From Elusimicrobiota bacterium (GTDB taxonomy: Bacteria > Elusimicrobiota > Elusimicrobia > UBA1565 > JACRDR01), in the NCBI GenBank assembly GCA_016194745.1, contig JACQBA010000012.1, positions 9,165 through 73,164 on the forward strand: a DNA stretch of 64,000 nt, given 5' to 3'. Positions 16,616-25,355 of this stretch are shown here, one piece after another. The position numbers were made by a program, and so were the translations under genes. Numbering within the stretch: position 1 is the first letter of the stretch; each line of letters opens with the position of its first letter. The notes under the pieces are model-generated. The model saw nothing but the letters and a program-made list of their open reading frames with translations. It had not been told where the DNA came from and made no database searches.

Positions 16616-17628
16616 AGCGCGGGGGAGCGCTCGCGCAGGAGGTCCATCGCGGCCTCGACGCGCGTCCGCGTCGGGGACCGCCGCGAGGGATCGCCGAGCG
16701 CGTCGACGGCGGGGCGCAGGAAGCCGGCGAGCCGGCACTGCTCCGAATACGTCCGGTGGCCTTGGGCGGCGATCCGTTCGGACTCGATGCGCCCCTGATC
16801 CGTCGACAAGTAGTAGCGCAGCGCGTCCGCCATCTTCTCCAGCGGCAGCGCCGCGAAGTCCCGTCCCGGCACGAGCGGCGGGGCCGCGGTCGCGGTCTCC
16901 GAGACCACGAACGCGCCTTGGCCGACTCCGTGCATCGCGACGCGGTGCCACTCGAAGTACGGCGCCGCCTCGCGATGGACGTTCAGCACGATCTTGGCGC
17001 GACGGGCGAGGCCGAGCATCTCCTCGGTCATCCGGCGGGGGGAATCCTTCCTGAGAAAGGCGTTGTCCGAGACCAGGCGCAGTTCGATCCGGTAGCGCCG
17101 CAGGTAGGGCGCGACGCTCTCGAAGAAGCGCTCCCGCCGGGGCACGCGGCTCCCCGCGAAAAGGACGTCGATCGGTCGTTCGGAGTGCCGGGGCAAGACG
17201 GAGGACGCCTGCAGGAACGGGGCGCCCGGCGCCCAGCCCATCGGCACGTACGCCGCGCGCTGGCCCTCCCTCCGCCACGCCTGGGATTGCGAGAAGTCCG
17301 CTTCCCACACGGCGTGAGCCCGCGTCAAGAGGCGCCGGACGAGAGGGAACCACTCGGCGGTCGGCTGCTCCGCGTTGTAGAGCACGACGCCCTCGGGCCA
17401 GGGCGCGACGCGCAGGCGGGCGCCGTCTCCGAGGAAGAAGAACTGCTGCGGCGCGACGACGAGATGCCAGTCGACGTCGGCGAGAAATCCTCCCGTCTCG
17501 CTGCCCCGCGCGACCTCCGCGCCCAAGTCTTCGAGTCCGGCGGCGAGGAGGTCGGCGATCTCCTGAAAGAAATAGTCCCCGAGGCGGCTGCAGTAGACGG
17601 CGGCGCGCAACAGAGGCGTACGGGTCAT
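16597..17628 (-). CDS. CgeB-like / glycosyltransferase-1-related protein
   Basis: DVLFAGSRVPRRERFF, AKIVLNVHREAAPYFEWHRVAMHGVGQGAFVVSE (Glyco_trans_1_2/CgeB-like). The last codons and the TAA stop lie inside the repeat. Confidence 0.65.
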   Translation of the reverse strand: MTRTPLLRAAVYCSRLGDYFFQEIADLLAAGLEDLGAEVARGSETGGFLADVDWHLVVAPQQFFFLGDGARLRVAPWPEGVVLYNAEQPTAEWFPLVRRLLTRAHAVWEADFSQSQAWRREGQRAAYVPMGWAPGAPFLQASSVLPRHSERPIDVLFAGSRVPRRERFFESVAPYLRRYRIELRLVSDNAFLRKDSPRRMTEEMLGLARRAKIVLNVHREAAPYFEWHRVAMHGVGQGAFVVSETATAAPPLVPGRDFAALPLEKMADALRYYLSTDQGRIESERIAAQGHRTYSEQCRLAGFLRPAVDALGDPSRRSPTRTRVEAAMDLLRERSPALVPGFH

Positions 17629-17653
17629 GGGGGAGCATTATATAATAGCCGCC

Positions 17654-18835
17654 ATGCGCGTCGCGCTCGCTTGGATCGACATGGAGGATCCCACCGACCG
17701 CGCCGTCGCGCTCGGCCTGGGCCGCGCGCTGCGCCGCCGGGGCCACGCGGTCTGGCTCGTCGGACCGAGGCGTCGTCCCGGCGAGAAGGCCGCCGAGAGG
17801 ATCGGGACCTTCCCGGTGCGGCGCTTCGGAGGCTCGGCCGCGGCGCTCGAGCTCGCGCGGTTCTCTCGGGAGGCGTCGATCGACGTCTGGCATTTCCACA
17901 TATTCGCCCGCGATCACGCCGCGCTCGCCCGCGCCGCGGCCGCGGGGAAATGGCCGCGCGTCGTCACGCCCCATCTCGTGCTCGAGGATTATCTCCCGTT
18001 CGCCGGAGGCGAGGCGGGGTTCCGGCGGCTCGCGGAGGGCGCGTCGGGCCTGACGGTCGTGTCGCGCGCGTCGCGCGAGGAGCTCGTGTCCCGCTTCCCG
18101 GAATGGAAGGGCCGCGTGTCGGTCGTTTATAACGGGGCCGACGCGGCGGAGGCCCGAACGTCGCCCGTGGGCCGCGCCGCGCCGTTCGTGCTCAACGTGG
18201 GCCGCATCGCGCCGTACAAGGGCCAGGACGTCCTCATGATGGCCTTCGCCAAGGCGCTGGAGCGCAGGCCTGGCCTGCGCCTCGTCGTGTGCGGGCGCGA
18301 TCAGACGCGCGGAGGCCTCGCGGCGCTCGTGCGCTCGCTAGGGCTTGGCGGGCGCGTGCGGCTGAGCGGCGGCAGGGCGCCCTCGCACGTGCGCCGGCTC
18401 CTGCGCCGCGCCCAGTTCCTCGTCTTGGCGTCCCGCCGCGAGAATTTTCCCCTCGTGCTCCTCGAGAACATGAGGGCCGGCAAGGCCGTCGTCGCGACGA
18501 AGGTGGGCGGCGTGCCGGAACTCGTGCGCCACGGCGTCGAGGGGCTGCTCGTGCCGCCCGGGGACGTCGGCGCCATGGCGGCGGCCGTCGAGTCCTTGAG
18601 CCGCGACGGCGCGCTGCGCGCTAGGCTCGGCGCGGCGGCGCTCGAGCGGAGCCGGCGCTTCACGTGGGACCGCGCGGCCGAGGCGTACGTCCGGCTCTAC
18701 GCTCAGGCGAGGGTAAGACGCTTGAGCTCGGGCGGGATCCTCTTGAAGAAGAAGGCGTCCCAGGCGCCGCCCGCGAGGCCGGCCCGCAGGGACGCGAGCC
18801 GCCCCGGGATCCCCGTGGGACCGAGAAGCGCGTGA
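17654..18835 (+). CDS. Glycosyltransferase family 4
   Basis: MRVALAWIDMED start (Met10 of the ORF), RRENFPLVLLENMRAGKAVVATKVGGVPE, RFTWDRAAEAY. The low-complexity tail overlaps the convergent GT2 gene by 133 nt. Confidence 0.85.
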   Translation: MRVALAWIDMEDPTDRAVALGLGRALRRRGHAVWLVGPRRRPGEKAAERIGTFPVRRFGGSAAALELARFSREASIDVWHFHIFARDHAALARAAAAGKWPRVVTPHLVLEDYLPFAGGEAGFRRLAEGASGLTVVSRASREELVSRFPEWKGRVSVVYNGADAAEARTSPVGRAAPFVLNVGRIAPYKGQDVLMMAFAKALERRPGLRLVVCGRDQTRGGLAALVRSLGLGGRVRLSGGRAPSHVRRLLRRAQFLVLASRRENFPLVLLENMRAGKAVVATKVGGVPELVRHGVEGLLVPPGDVGAMAAAVESLSRDGALRARLGAAALERSRRFTWDRAAEAYVRLYAQARVRRLSSGGILLKKKASQAPPARPARRDASRPGIPVGPRSA

Positions 18836-19629
18836 TCCGGCCGGCGTCGTCGCAGCTCGCCTAGCATGATCGGCAGGAACCCCGCCTCGTCCCGCAGCGT
18901 CCGCTCCAGATAATCCTTCGGCCGGGCGGCGAGCGCGTGGCGTTGGCGATAGCGGACCCACACGTTCGGATGCGCCGCCACCGGCCAGCGCAGGGCGAGA
19001 TTCCACATGAGGAACTGGTCTTCGTACAGTGGAAAGCGCCGCGCCGCATCCTCGAACTCCGCGAGACCCAGCAGGCGCGAGGTCTTGACGAGCGAGCAGC
19101 TCGTGCGCGGCACCGTCGCGTAGCCGCTGCTCAGGAAGTTCTGCAGGAGCTCCCCCGGACGAAATGCGCGCCGGGAGAGGGACGGCATCGCGTGGACGTA
19201 GTGGCGCGCGCCTTCGAGGTCGTCCGGGAACCAATAGGACGCTGGGCCGTAGCTCAGCGCGGCGCCGCGCGCGGCGGCTTTCGTCCAGAGGGCGAGGTGG
19301 CCTTCGAGATATTCGGGGTCCCATAGATCGTCCGCGTCCAGGAGGGCGACGACCGGCGCCTTCGCGGCGCGCGCCCCGCTCATGCGCGCCGCGAAGGCGC
19401 CCCGCCGCGCGGGATGCTCGAGGAGACGGACCGCCTCGGGCCGTCCGCGGGCGAACGCCGCCGCCGCGGCGGGACCCGCGTCGGTCGAACCGTCGTCGAC
19501 GAGAAGGAGCTCCCAGTCGGTCCGAGTCTGGGCGGCCACCGACGCGAGCGTCTCGGCGAGCGTGCGCTCGGCGTTGTAGTACGGGATCACGATCGACACG
19601 GCGGGAGCGGGAGGGCTCTTCGCGCTCAT
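18703..19629 (-). CDS. Glycosyltransferase family 2
   Basis: Start at MSAKSPPAPAVSIVIPYYNAERTL; LLLVDDGSTD; LDADD. ATGA overlap with the upstream gene. Confidence 0.85.
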   Translation of the reverse strand: MSAKSPPAPAVSIVIPYYNAERTLAETLASVAAQTRTDWELLLVDDGSTDAGPAAAAAFARGRPEAVRLLEHPARRGAFAARMSGARAAKAPVVALLDADDLWDPEYLEGHLALWTKAAARGAALSYGPASYWFPDDLEGARHYVHAMPSLSRRAFRPGELLQNFLSSGYATVPRTSCSLVKTSRLLGLAEFEDAARRFPLYEDQFLMWNLALRWPVAAHPNVWVRYRQRHALAARPKDYLERTLRDEAGFLPIMLGELRRRRPDHALLGPTGIPGRLASLRAGLAGGAWDAFFFKRIPPELKRLTLA

Positions 19630-20273
19630 GCCTCGGGTTCCGTGACGTCCAGCCCTTCCGCGCTCGAGCACCCGGCGAGTCCGACGCTTCTCAGGAGGGC
19701 CGTTCGGGACGCGACCGCCGCGTAGTCCTGATAGCGGAGCTGGGTCTTGTGCTTGCGGATCGCCGCGAGCTTCTTGGCGAACACGCGCGAGACGTCCACG
19801 AGCGCGGACGCCGGCTGAAGATAGCAGACCTCGTAGCGGCAGTCGTGGAAGCGGCGGGGACGCGCCTCGGCCGCGCTCTCGAAGCCGCGCGCGAGGGCGC
19901 GATGGTCGGGATGCGGATCCTTCGCGGAGGGACGGTAGACGACGTCGGGCGCGTACTCGGCCAAGAGCGTCTTGAGCCGCCGCGAGAGGCCGCGCGCCCG
20001 GGCGAGCCGTCCGTCCGGGAACTCCCAGAACTCGGCCGACGCGGCGCCGAGGACGCGGCACGCTTGCCGGGCCTCGTCCCGCCGGAGCGCCCGATAGTCC
20101 TTGCCGCGAAAGTAGCCCTTCGGATCTCCGGCCGCGCCGTCGGTCGCGATCACGACGTGGACGCGGTCGCCCCGGTCCGCGTGGAGCGCCACGACTCCGC
20201 CGCAGCCGATCGATTCGTCGTCGGGATGCGGGGCGAGGACGAGGACCTTCCCGCGCGGCGGCGTCCAGCGCAT
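19626..20273 (-). CDS. PIG-L/LmbE-family deacetylase
   Basis: VLVLAPHPDDESIGCGG, HPDHRAL. Start at MRWTPPRGK (Met55 of the ORF). Confidence 0.85.
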   Translation of the reverse strand: MRWTPPRGKVLVLAPHPDDESIGCGGVVALHADRGDRVHVVIATDGAAGDPKGYFRGKDYRALRRDEARQACRVLGAASAEFWEFPDGRLARARGLSRRLKTLLAEYAPDVVYRPSAKDPHPDHRALARGFESAAEARPRRFHDCRYEVCYLQPASALVDVSRVFAKKLAAIRKHKTQLRYQDYAAVASRTALLRSVGLAGCSSAEGLDVTEPEA

Positions 20274-20995
20274 CAGCGGCTCCCGGCGGCGCGCGCCGTC
20301 TTCGCCGCGTCGAGCCAATGGACGCAGTCCCGCGCCTGCCCCGACTTGCGGATGACCCATTGGAGCCCGACGCGCTCGAAGGCGAAGCCGTTGTCGCGCG
20401 TGAAGCGGTCGACCGCGTCGCGCACGCTCGGCCAATCGTAGTCGTCCCCGAACAGGACGCCCCGGTCCGTGACGAGCGGCCAGTAGTTCTGCAGGTCGGA
20501 GAGGACGTCGTCCTCGTCGTGGCTTGCGTCGATGTAGACGAGTTCGGCGCGGACGCCGTTCTTACGCAGCCACTTGGCGGCGATCGTCGAGGTCTGCGGA
20601 AAGGGGATGACGATGTCCCGGAGCCCGGCGCGCACGACGTTGGCGAGGAACTGGTAGTACACGGACGGATATCCGTGCCGCAGGCCGAGGGACTTGTAGC
20701 GCGTCTCATCGCCCGGGTCGGTCCAGAACTCGAGCGCTCCGAGCCAGGTGTCGACGCACAAGAGCTTGCCGGGCGGAGTCTGCCGCTTCAGGCGCGAGCC
20801 CATGAACACCGCGGAGGCGCCCTTCCAGGACCCTACCTCGATGGCGAGCGTCGGGCGGGACTCGTCGATGAGGGCGTGGAGGTTGGGCTCGGTGCTTCCC
20901 CAGCCCTGGAGGTCCTCGGGATAGGGCCCCGGATCGAAGCCGGCGTACGGGTCGGCGGCGTGTATGCGGCCGAGCAGTTCCTCCGCGCTCATCAT
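20273..20995 (-). CDS. Class I SAM-dependent methyltransferase (TylF/Methyltransf_24-like)
   Basis: LAIEVGSWKGASAVFM, LVYIDASHDEDDVLSDL, GVLFGDDYDW. Confidence 0.7.
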   Translation of the reverse strand: MMSAEELLGRIHAADPYAGFDPGPYPEDLQGWGSTEPNLHALIDESRPTLAIEVGSWKGASAVFMGSRLKRQTPPGKLLCVDTWLGALEFWTDPGDETRYKSLGLRHGYPSVYYQFLANVVRAGLRDIVIPFPQTSTIAAKWLRKNGVRAELVYIDASHDEDDVLSDLQNYWPLVTDRGVLFGDDYDWPSVRDAVDRFTRDNGFAFERVGLQWVIRKSGQARDCVHWLDAAKTARAAGSR

Positions 20996-21045
20996 GGGCG
21001 GTATTATGTAAAATTCCGCGTGTCCGTCGGTACCGGAATCGCCCG

Positions 21046-21762
21046 ATGAAGCGCAACCTCTATTTCTACCTCTATCCGGTCAAAGGGTCGCATTGGGACT
21101 GGCATCTCGGGCAGCTGCGCCGCTATTGGAGCGCGTTCAACGGGAAGAAGCAGCTCGTCGTCTCGCTCGACCGCCAGACCGTGCGCCTGGCGGACGTCGT
21201 GAGCCGGCTCGAGGGTCTCGACCCCGACGTCTATCCCGTCGAGAACGACCGCGCGCGGGGGGAATCCCGGTCCTTCGTCGCGGGTCTCGAGCGCTTCCGC
21301 TCGGAGTCTCCCGACGAGATCACCTTCTACGCGCACGGGAAGGGCGTCACGCACCGGGGTCTCAAGAGCCTGATCATGCAGGCATGGTCCGAGTCCATGT
21401 ACTTCATGAACCTCTCGTCTCCGGGTCTCGTCGAGGCGCTCCTCAAGACGCGCTCGACGGCGGGCTGCTTCCGCCAGGAGTACGCCCGGCACGGCGGGTC
21501 GGACTGGCATTACTCCGGCACGTTCTTCTGGTTCAAGCACTCGGCCTTGTTCACGCGCGACTGGCGCCGCGTCTCGCGCGGCAAGTACGGCGTGGAAGGC
21601 TACCCGGGCCGGCATTTCGCCCTGCGCGAGTCCTATTGCCTGACGCCCTACCGTCACTTCGGGCAGCTGTACGACCACGTCGTCACGCGCGCGGAGAGCC
21701 GGCGGTGGCTCGCCGCGGTCGAGAAGGGCCGGGGCCGCGCTCGGGCGGGAGCGGCGCGATGA
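21046..21762 (+). CDS. Hypothetical protein (no recognisable family)
   Basis: 238-aa ORF with non-shadow composition (MKRNLYFYLYPVKGSHWDW...FYAHGKGVTHRG). ATGA-coupled to the ABC-2 permease gene. Confidence 0.5.
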   Translation: MKRNLYFYLYPVKGSHWDWHLGQLRRYWSAFNGKKQLVVSLDRQTVRLADVVSRLEGLDPDVYPVENDRARGESRSFVAGLERFRSESPDEITFYAHGKGVTHRGLKSLIMQAWSESMYFMNLSSPGLVEALLKTRSTAGCFRQEYARHGGSDWHYSGTFFWFKHSALFTRDWRRVSRGKYGVEGYPGRHFALRESYCLTPYRHFGQLYDHVVTRAESRRWLAAVEKGRGRARAGAAR

Positions 21763-22529
21763 GCGTTTCCTCGGCCGGCAACCGCTGGGACCTCTTCTGG
21801 ATGCTCACCCGGACCGAGTTCCGGCTGCGCGACCAAGGCACGCTGGCGGGATTTCTGTGGACGCTGCTCCATCCGCTGTTCATCTTCTCGATCCTCTACG
21901 CGCTGTTCACGCGGTGGATGGCGCCTCTCGTCCCGAACTACGCGGCGTGCCTGCTCATCGGGATCGTCCAGTGGAACTTTTTTTCGACCGCGACGACCGC
22001 CGGCATGACGAGCCTCCGGCGCAAGGCCGGGCTGATCGCGAGCTTTTCCTTCCCGCGCGGGTACGTCGTTTCTTCATCCATTGCGGCGGTCCTTTTGTCG
22101 CACCTGCTCGAGTGGGCGGTGCTGCTTGCCGCGCTCCTGGTCTTGGGCGTGCGGCCGGGTTGGTCGTGGCTGCTCCTTCCCGCGTTGATCGCGGTCGAGG
22201 TGGCGCTGGCGCTCGGGATCGCGAGCGTCCTCTCGGTCCTCGCCGTCGACGTCCGCGATCTCGACCACGTGTGGGGGCTCCTCCTCTACGGTTTCTTCTT
22301 CCTGACGCCCGTGTTCTACACGGCGGAGGTCGTGGGCGAGGGAGCGAGGAGGCTTATCGCGGTCAATCCGCTCGCCGTCGTCATCGACGCGACGCGGGCG
22401 GCGGTGATCGGCGGGGCCTTCCGGGCGTCGCCGTCCATCTGGCTCGTCGCCGCGGGCGCGGGGCTCTTCTGCGCGGCGTCCGTCGGCCTTTTCGACCGGA
22501 TGAGCCGCGGGATCTCGGAGCGTCTGTGA
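21759..22529 (+). CDS. ABC-2 type polysaccharide/teichoic-acid exporter permease (Wzm/TagG-like)
   Basis: Internal ATG of ORF 21093..22529. About six TM helices. FRLRDQGTLAGFLWTLLHPL is typical of an ABC-2 N-terminus. Confidence 0.8.
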   Translation: MSVSSAGNRWDLFWMLTRTEFRLRDQGTLAGFLWTLLHPLFIFSILYALFTRWMAPLVPNYAACLLIGIVQWNFFSTATTAGMTSLRRKAGLIASFSFPRGYVVSSSIAAVLLSHLLEWAVLLAALLVLGVRPGWSWLLLPALIAVEVALALGIASVLSVLAVDVRDLDHVWGLLLYGFFFLTPVFYTAEVVGEGARRLIAVNPLAVVIDATRAAVIGGAFRASPSIWLVAAGAGLFCAASVGLFDRMSRGISERL

Positions 22530-23254
22530 GCGGCGCGGCGCTCGAGGTGCGCGGTCTCGGCAAGCTCTTCCACCATACGCTGCCCCGCTACCGCACGATG
22601 GTCGGGCGGCTGCGGCGCTGGGCGGACGGGGGCCCGAGCGGCTTGCCCGTGTGGGCGCTCAAGGACGTCTCCTTCGAGGTGGCGCGCGGAGAGTGCCTCG
22701 GCGTCATGGGGCCCAACGGCTCGGGCAAGAGCACGCTCCTCGCGCTCATCGCGGGCATCCTCGAGCCGACCGAGGGCGCGATCCGGGCGCGCGGGCGCGT
22801 CAACACGCTCCTCAACTTGGGCGCGGGCCTCCAGCAGGAGTTGAGCGTCCGCGACAACGTGGAGATCTTCGGAATCCTCACGGGCCTCAGCCGCAGGCGG
22901 GCGCTCGAGTTGACGCCGAGGATCCTCGACTTCGCGGGCGTCGAGCCTCTCGCCGAGGTGCGCATGGCGGAGCTTTCCTCCGGGCAGGCCGCGCGCGTCG
23001 CGTTCTCGACCGCGATGCACTCGGACTTGGACCTCCTGCTCGTCGACGAGACGCTCTCCGTGGGCGACAGCCAATTTCAGGCGAAATGCGAGGGCGAGTT
23101 CCAGAGGCTTCGGCGGGAGGGGCGCACCCTCATCGTCGTCTCCCACGACGAGCCCGCGCTGCGCGCCGTCGCCACCCGCATCCTCCGCCTCGAGTCCGGG
23201 CGGGTCGCGGGCGAGCCGGAGCGGATCGCGGCCGAGGCGGTGAGCCGTGGCTGA
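22526..23254 (+). CDS. ABC transporter ATP-binding protein (Wzt/TagH-like)
   Basis: GTGA-coupled. Walker A GPNGSGKST, signature LSSGQAARV, Walker B LLLVDE. Confidence 0.9.
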   Translation: MSGAALEVRGLGKLFHHTLPRYRTMVGRLRRWADGGPSGLPVWALKDVSFEVARGECLGVMGPNGSGKSTLLALIAGILEPTEGAIRARGRVNTLLNLGAGLQQELSVRDNVEIFGILTGLSRRRALELTPRILDFAGVEPLAEVRMAELSSGQAARVAFSTAMHSDLDLLLVDETLSVGDSQFQAKCEGEFQRLRREGRTLIVVSHDEPALRAVATRILRLESGRVAGEPERIAAEAVSRG

Positions 23255-25355
23255 GCGCGCGTCGATCATCGTCTTGTGCCACGATCAATGGGCGACCACG
23301 CGGCGGTGCCTCGACGCGCTGCGCCGCGCGACGCCGCGCGGGACGTACGAGGTACTGGCCTACGACAACGCTTCCTCCGACGAAACGCCGCGGGAGCTGC
23401 GGCGCCTGGCGCGCGGCTGGCCCGAGCTCCGCGTGATCCGCAACGCGCGCAACCTCCCCTTCGCCGAGGCGGTGAACAAGGGCATGCGCGCGGCGCGCGG
23501 CGGCTACCTCGTGTGGCTCAACAACGACGCCGTGCCGTCCCCGGGCTGGCTCGAGGGTCTCGTCGCGGCCGCAGAGTCGGGACGCGACGTCGCGGCCGCG
23601 GGGCCGATGACCGACCGCATGGCCCCGCCGCAGCAGATGGTCCGGCCCTTCCTCTCGCGTCCCAAGCCCGAGCTCGAGGAAGTCCCGTTCCTCGGCGGCT
23701 TTTGCTTCCTGCTCAAGCGCTCCGTGCTCGAGGCGGCGGGGTTCCTCGACGAGGAGTTCACTTGGGGCTGGGAGGACATCGACTATTGCCTGCGCCTGCG
23801 GCACGCGGGCCTCAAGCTGCTCCTGGCGCGCCACCTCTTCGTGCGCCACGCGGGAAGCCGGACGCTCCGGAAGATGGTCTCGCGCGAGCGCGTGCGGACC
23901 GACCTCGTCAACCGCGGCCGAATGCGGCGCAAGTGGGTCCACCGCGAGCCGTGGCGCGTCGAGCTCAAAAACCTCTTTCGCCGGATGCCCGCGCCCTGGG
24001 AGGCGCGGCTTCCCGCGGTCTCTGTGATCGCGCCTTGCTCGGGGGATTGGCAGCGCGCGCGCGCCGGCCTCCTGCGGCTGCGGGACGGCCTTGCGGCGAG
24101 GTCCTACGAGGTTCTGGCCGTCGACGCCGATCGGCGCGGCCGACTCCACGCGCACCTGTTGTCGCTCGCGCGGGAGTGGCCGGAGCTGCGCGTGCTTGGG
24201 CCGTGGCGCGCGCCGTCCTTCGCCACGGCCGCCAACCGCGCGGTCTCGGCGGCGCACGGCGAGTTCCTCGCCTTCGTCGATCCCTCCGCGGACGCCGACG
24301 CCTCCGCGCTGGTCCGCAGGGGCCCCGCGCGCGCGGGCTCCGGCGCCGTCGTCGCGCGGCTGGGGAAGTCCGGGATCCCCGACGCGGGCCCGCTCATCCC
24401 CCGTGCGGCGTTCGAGAAGGCGGGCGCGCTCGACGAGCGCTTCGAGGGCGCGTTGTGCCTCGCGGATTATTGCCTGCGACTGATGCAGGCCGGGGTGCGG
24501 ATCATCCAGCTCTATTCCGCGGACGCCGGCGCGGCCGAGGGAAGGCCGGCTTTCGCTCACGACCGCCGGCTCGCGGTGCGCAAGTGGATCGCCGTCGGCC
24601 GCAGCGAGGCGCGCGTCAAGGAGCGGCTCTGGGGGAGCCTGCACTCGTCTCGGGGAGAGCGGCCCACGGTGTCGGTGGTCGTGCTCTGCCGCGCGGGTTG
24701 GGACGCGGCGCGCCGGTGCTTGGGCTCGGTGCGGCGCCATCCGCCATCGGGCGACTACGAGGTCGTCGCGGCCCATTTCGAGGGTGACGCCCGCACCGCG
24801 CGCGGGCTGCGCCGCCTCGCCGCCGCCTGGCCCGAGCTGCGCGTCTGCGCGCCCTTGGGGGACGTCAATTTCGCCGACGGACTCAATCACGCGGCGCGCG
24901 CCGCGGGAGGAGACCACCTGCTCATCCTGTCGGACGACGCGCTCGCCGCGCCCGGCTGGGCCGACCGGCTCGTCGAGGCCGCCGTCGTGGGCAAGTCGCG
25001 GGGCATCGTGGCGCCTCTCGTCGAAGGCGCCACCCTCGACTGGCAGCGGCCCGGAGGCGGCGCGTCGGACCGGTCCGTCCACTACGTGCGGCACCATTGC
25101 CTCCTCGTGCCCGCGGACGTCTACCGCCGCGTCGGGGAGTTCGACGACCGCTTCCGCACCGGACTGTGGGCCGAGGATTACTGTTATCGCGCGAAGCAGC
25201 GCGGCTTCAACGTCTTCGTGGCGCCCAAGGTCCTGCTGCGGAGGTCCGCGGCCCCCGCGGGCGACGGACGGGACCGAGACCGGCGCGAGGACTTGAAGCT
25301 CGTCTTCGATAAGTGGGCGGGGCATCCGCTCTTCCATCTAGAGACGGCGCCGTGA
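23247..25355 (+). CDS. Three-module GT2-like glycosyltransferase (702 aa)
   Basis: Three tandem modules, each starting with a GT2-like strand (SIIVLCHDQW / VSVIAPCSGDW / VSVVVLCRAGW) followed by WPELRV. DxD-like motifs in modules 1 and 3 (NNDA, SDDA). Module 2 looks degenerate. Confidence 0.8.
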   Translation: MAERASIIVLCHDQWATTRRCLDALRRATPRGTYEVLAYDNASSDETPRELRRLARGWPELRVIRNARNLPFAEAVNKGMRAARGGYLVWLNNDAVPSPGWLEGLVAAAESGRDVAAAGPMTDRMAPPQQMVRPFLSRPKPELEEVPFLGGFCFLLKRSVLEAAGFLDEEFTWGWEDIDYCLRLRHAGLKLLLARHLFVRHAGSRTLRKMVSRERVRTDLVNRGRMRRKWVHREPWRVELKNLFRRMPAPWEARLPAVSVIAPCSGDWQRARAGLLRLRDGLAARSYEVLAVDADRRGRLHAHLLSLAREWPELRVLGPWRAPSFATAANRAVSAAHGEFLAFVDPSADADASALVRRGPARAGSGAVVARLGKSGIPDAGPLIPRAAFEKAGALDERFEGALCLADYCLRLMQAGVRIIQLYSADAGAAEGRPAFAHDRRLAVRKWIAVGRSEARVKERLWGSLHSSRGERPTVSVVVLCRAGWDAARRCLGSVRRHPPSGDYEVVAAHFEGDARTARGLRRLAAAWPELRVCAPLGDVNFADGLNHAARAAGGDHLLILSDDALAAPGWADRLVEAAVVGKSRGIVAPLVEGATLDWQRPGGGASDRSVHYVRHHCLLVPADVYRRVGEFDDRFRTGLWAEDYCYRAKQRGFNVFVAPKVLLRRSAAPAGDGRDRDRREDLKLVFDKWAGHPLFHLETAP

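Noticed and set aside
16600-18132. Plus-strand ORFs initiating inside the palindromic repeat (MKTWHQRGG... at 16600, and minus-strand MKTWHQRHG... at 36727..36915).
   Set aside because: The start codons are artefacts of the repeat sequence (gtgaaaacctggcacc). The downstream translation is shadow-type and antisense to real genes.
23130-25337. 735-aa minus-strand ORF opposite the triple-GT2 gene.
   Set aside because: Same shadow-ORF signature (Arg/Pro/Ala/Gly-rich), while the plus-strand frame has clear GT2 motifs.
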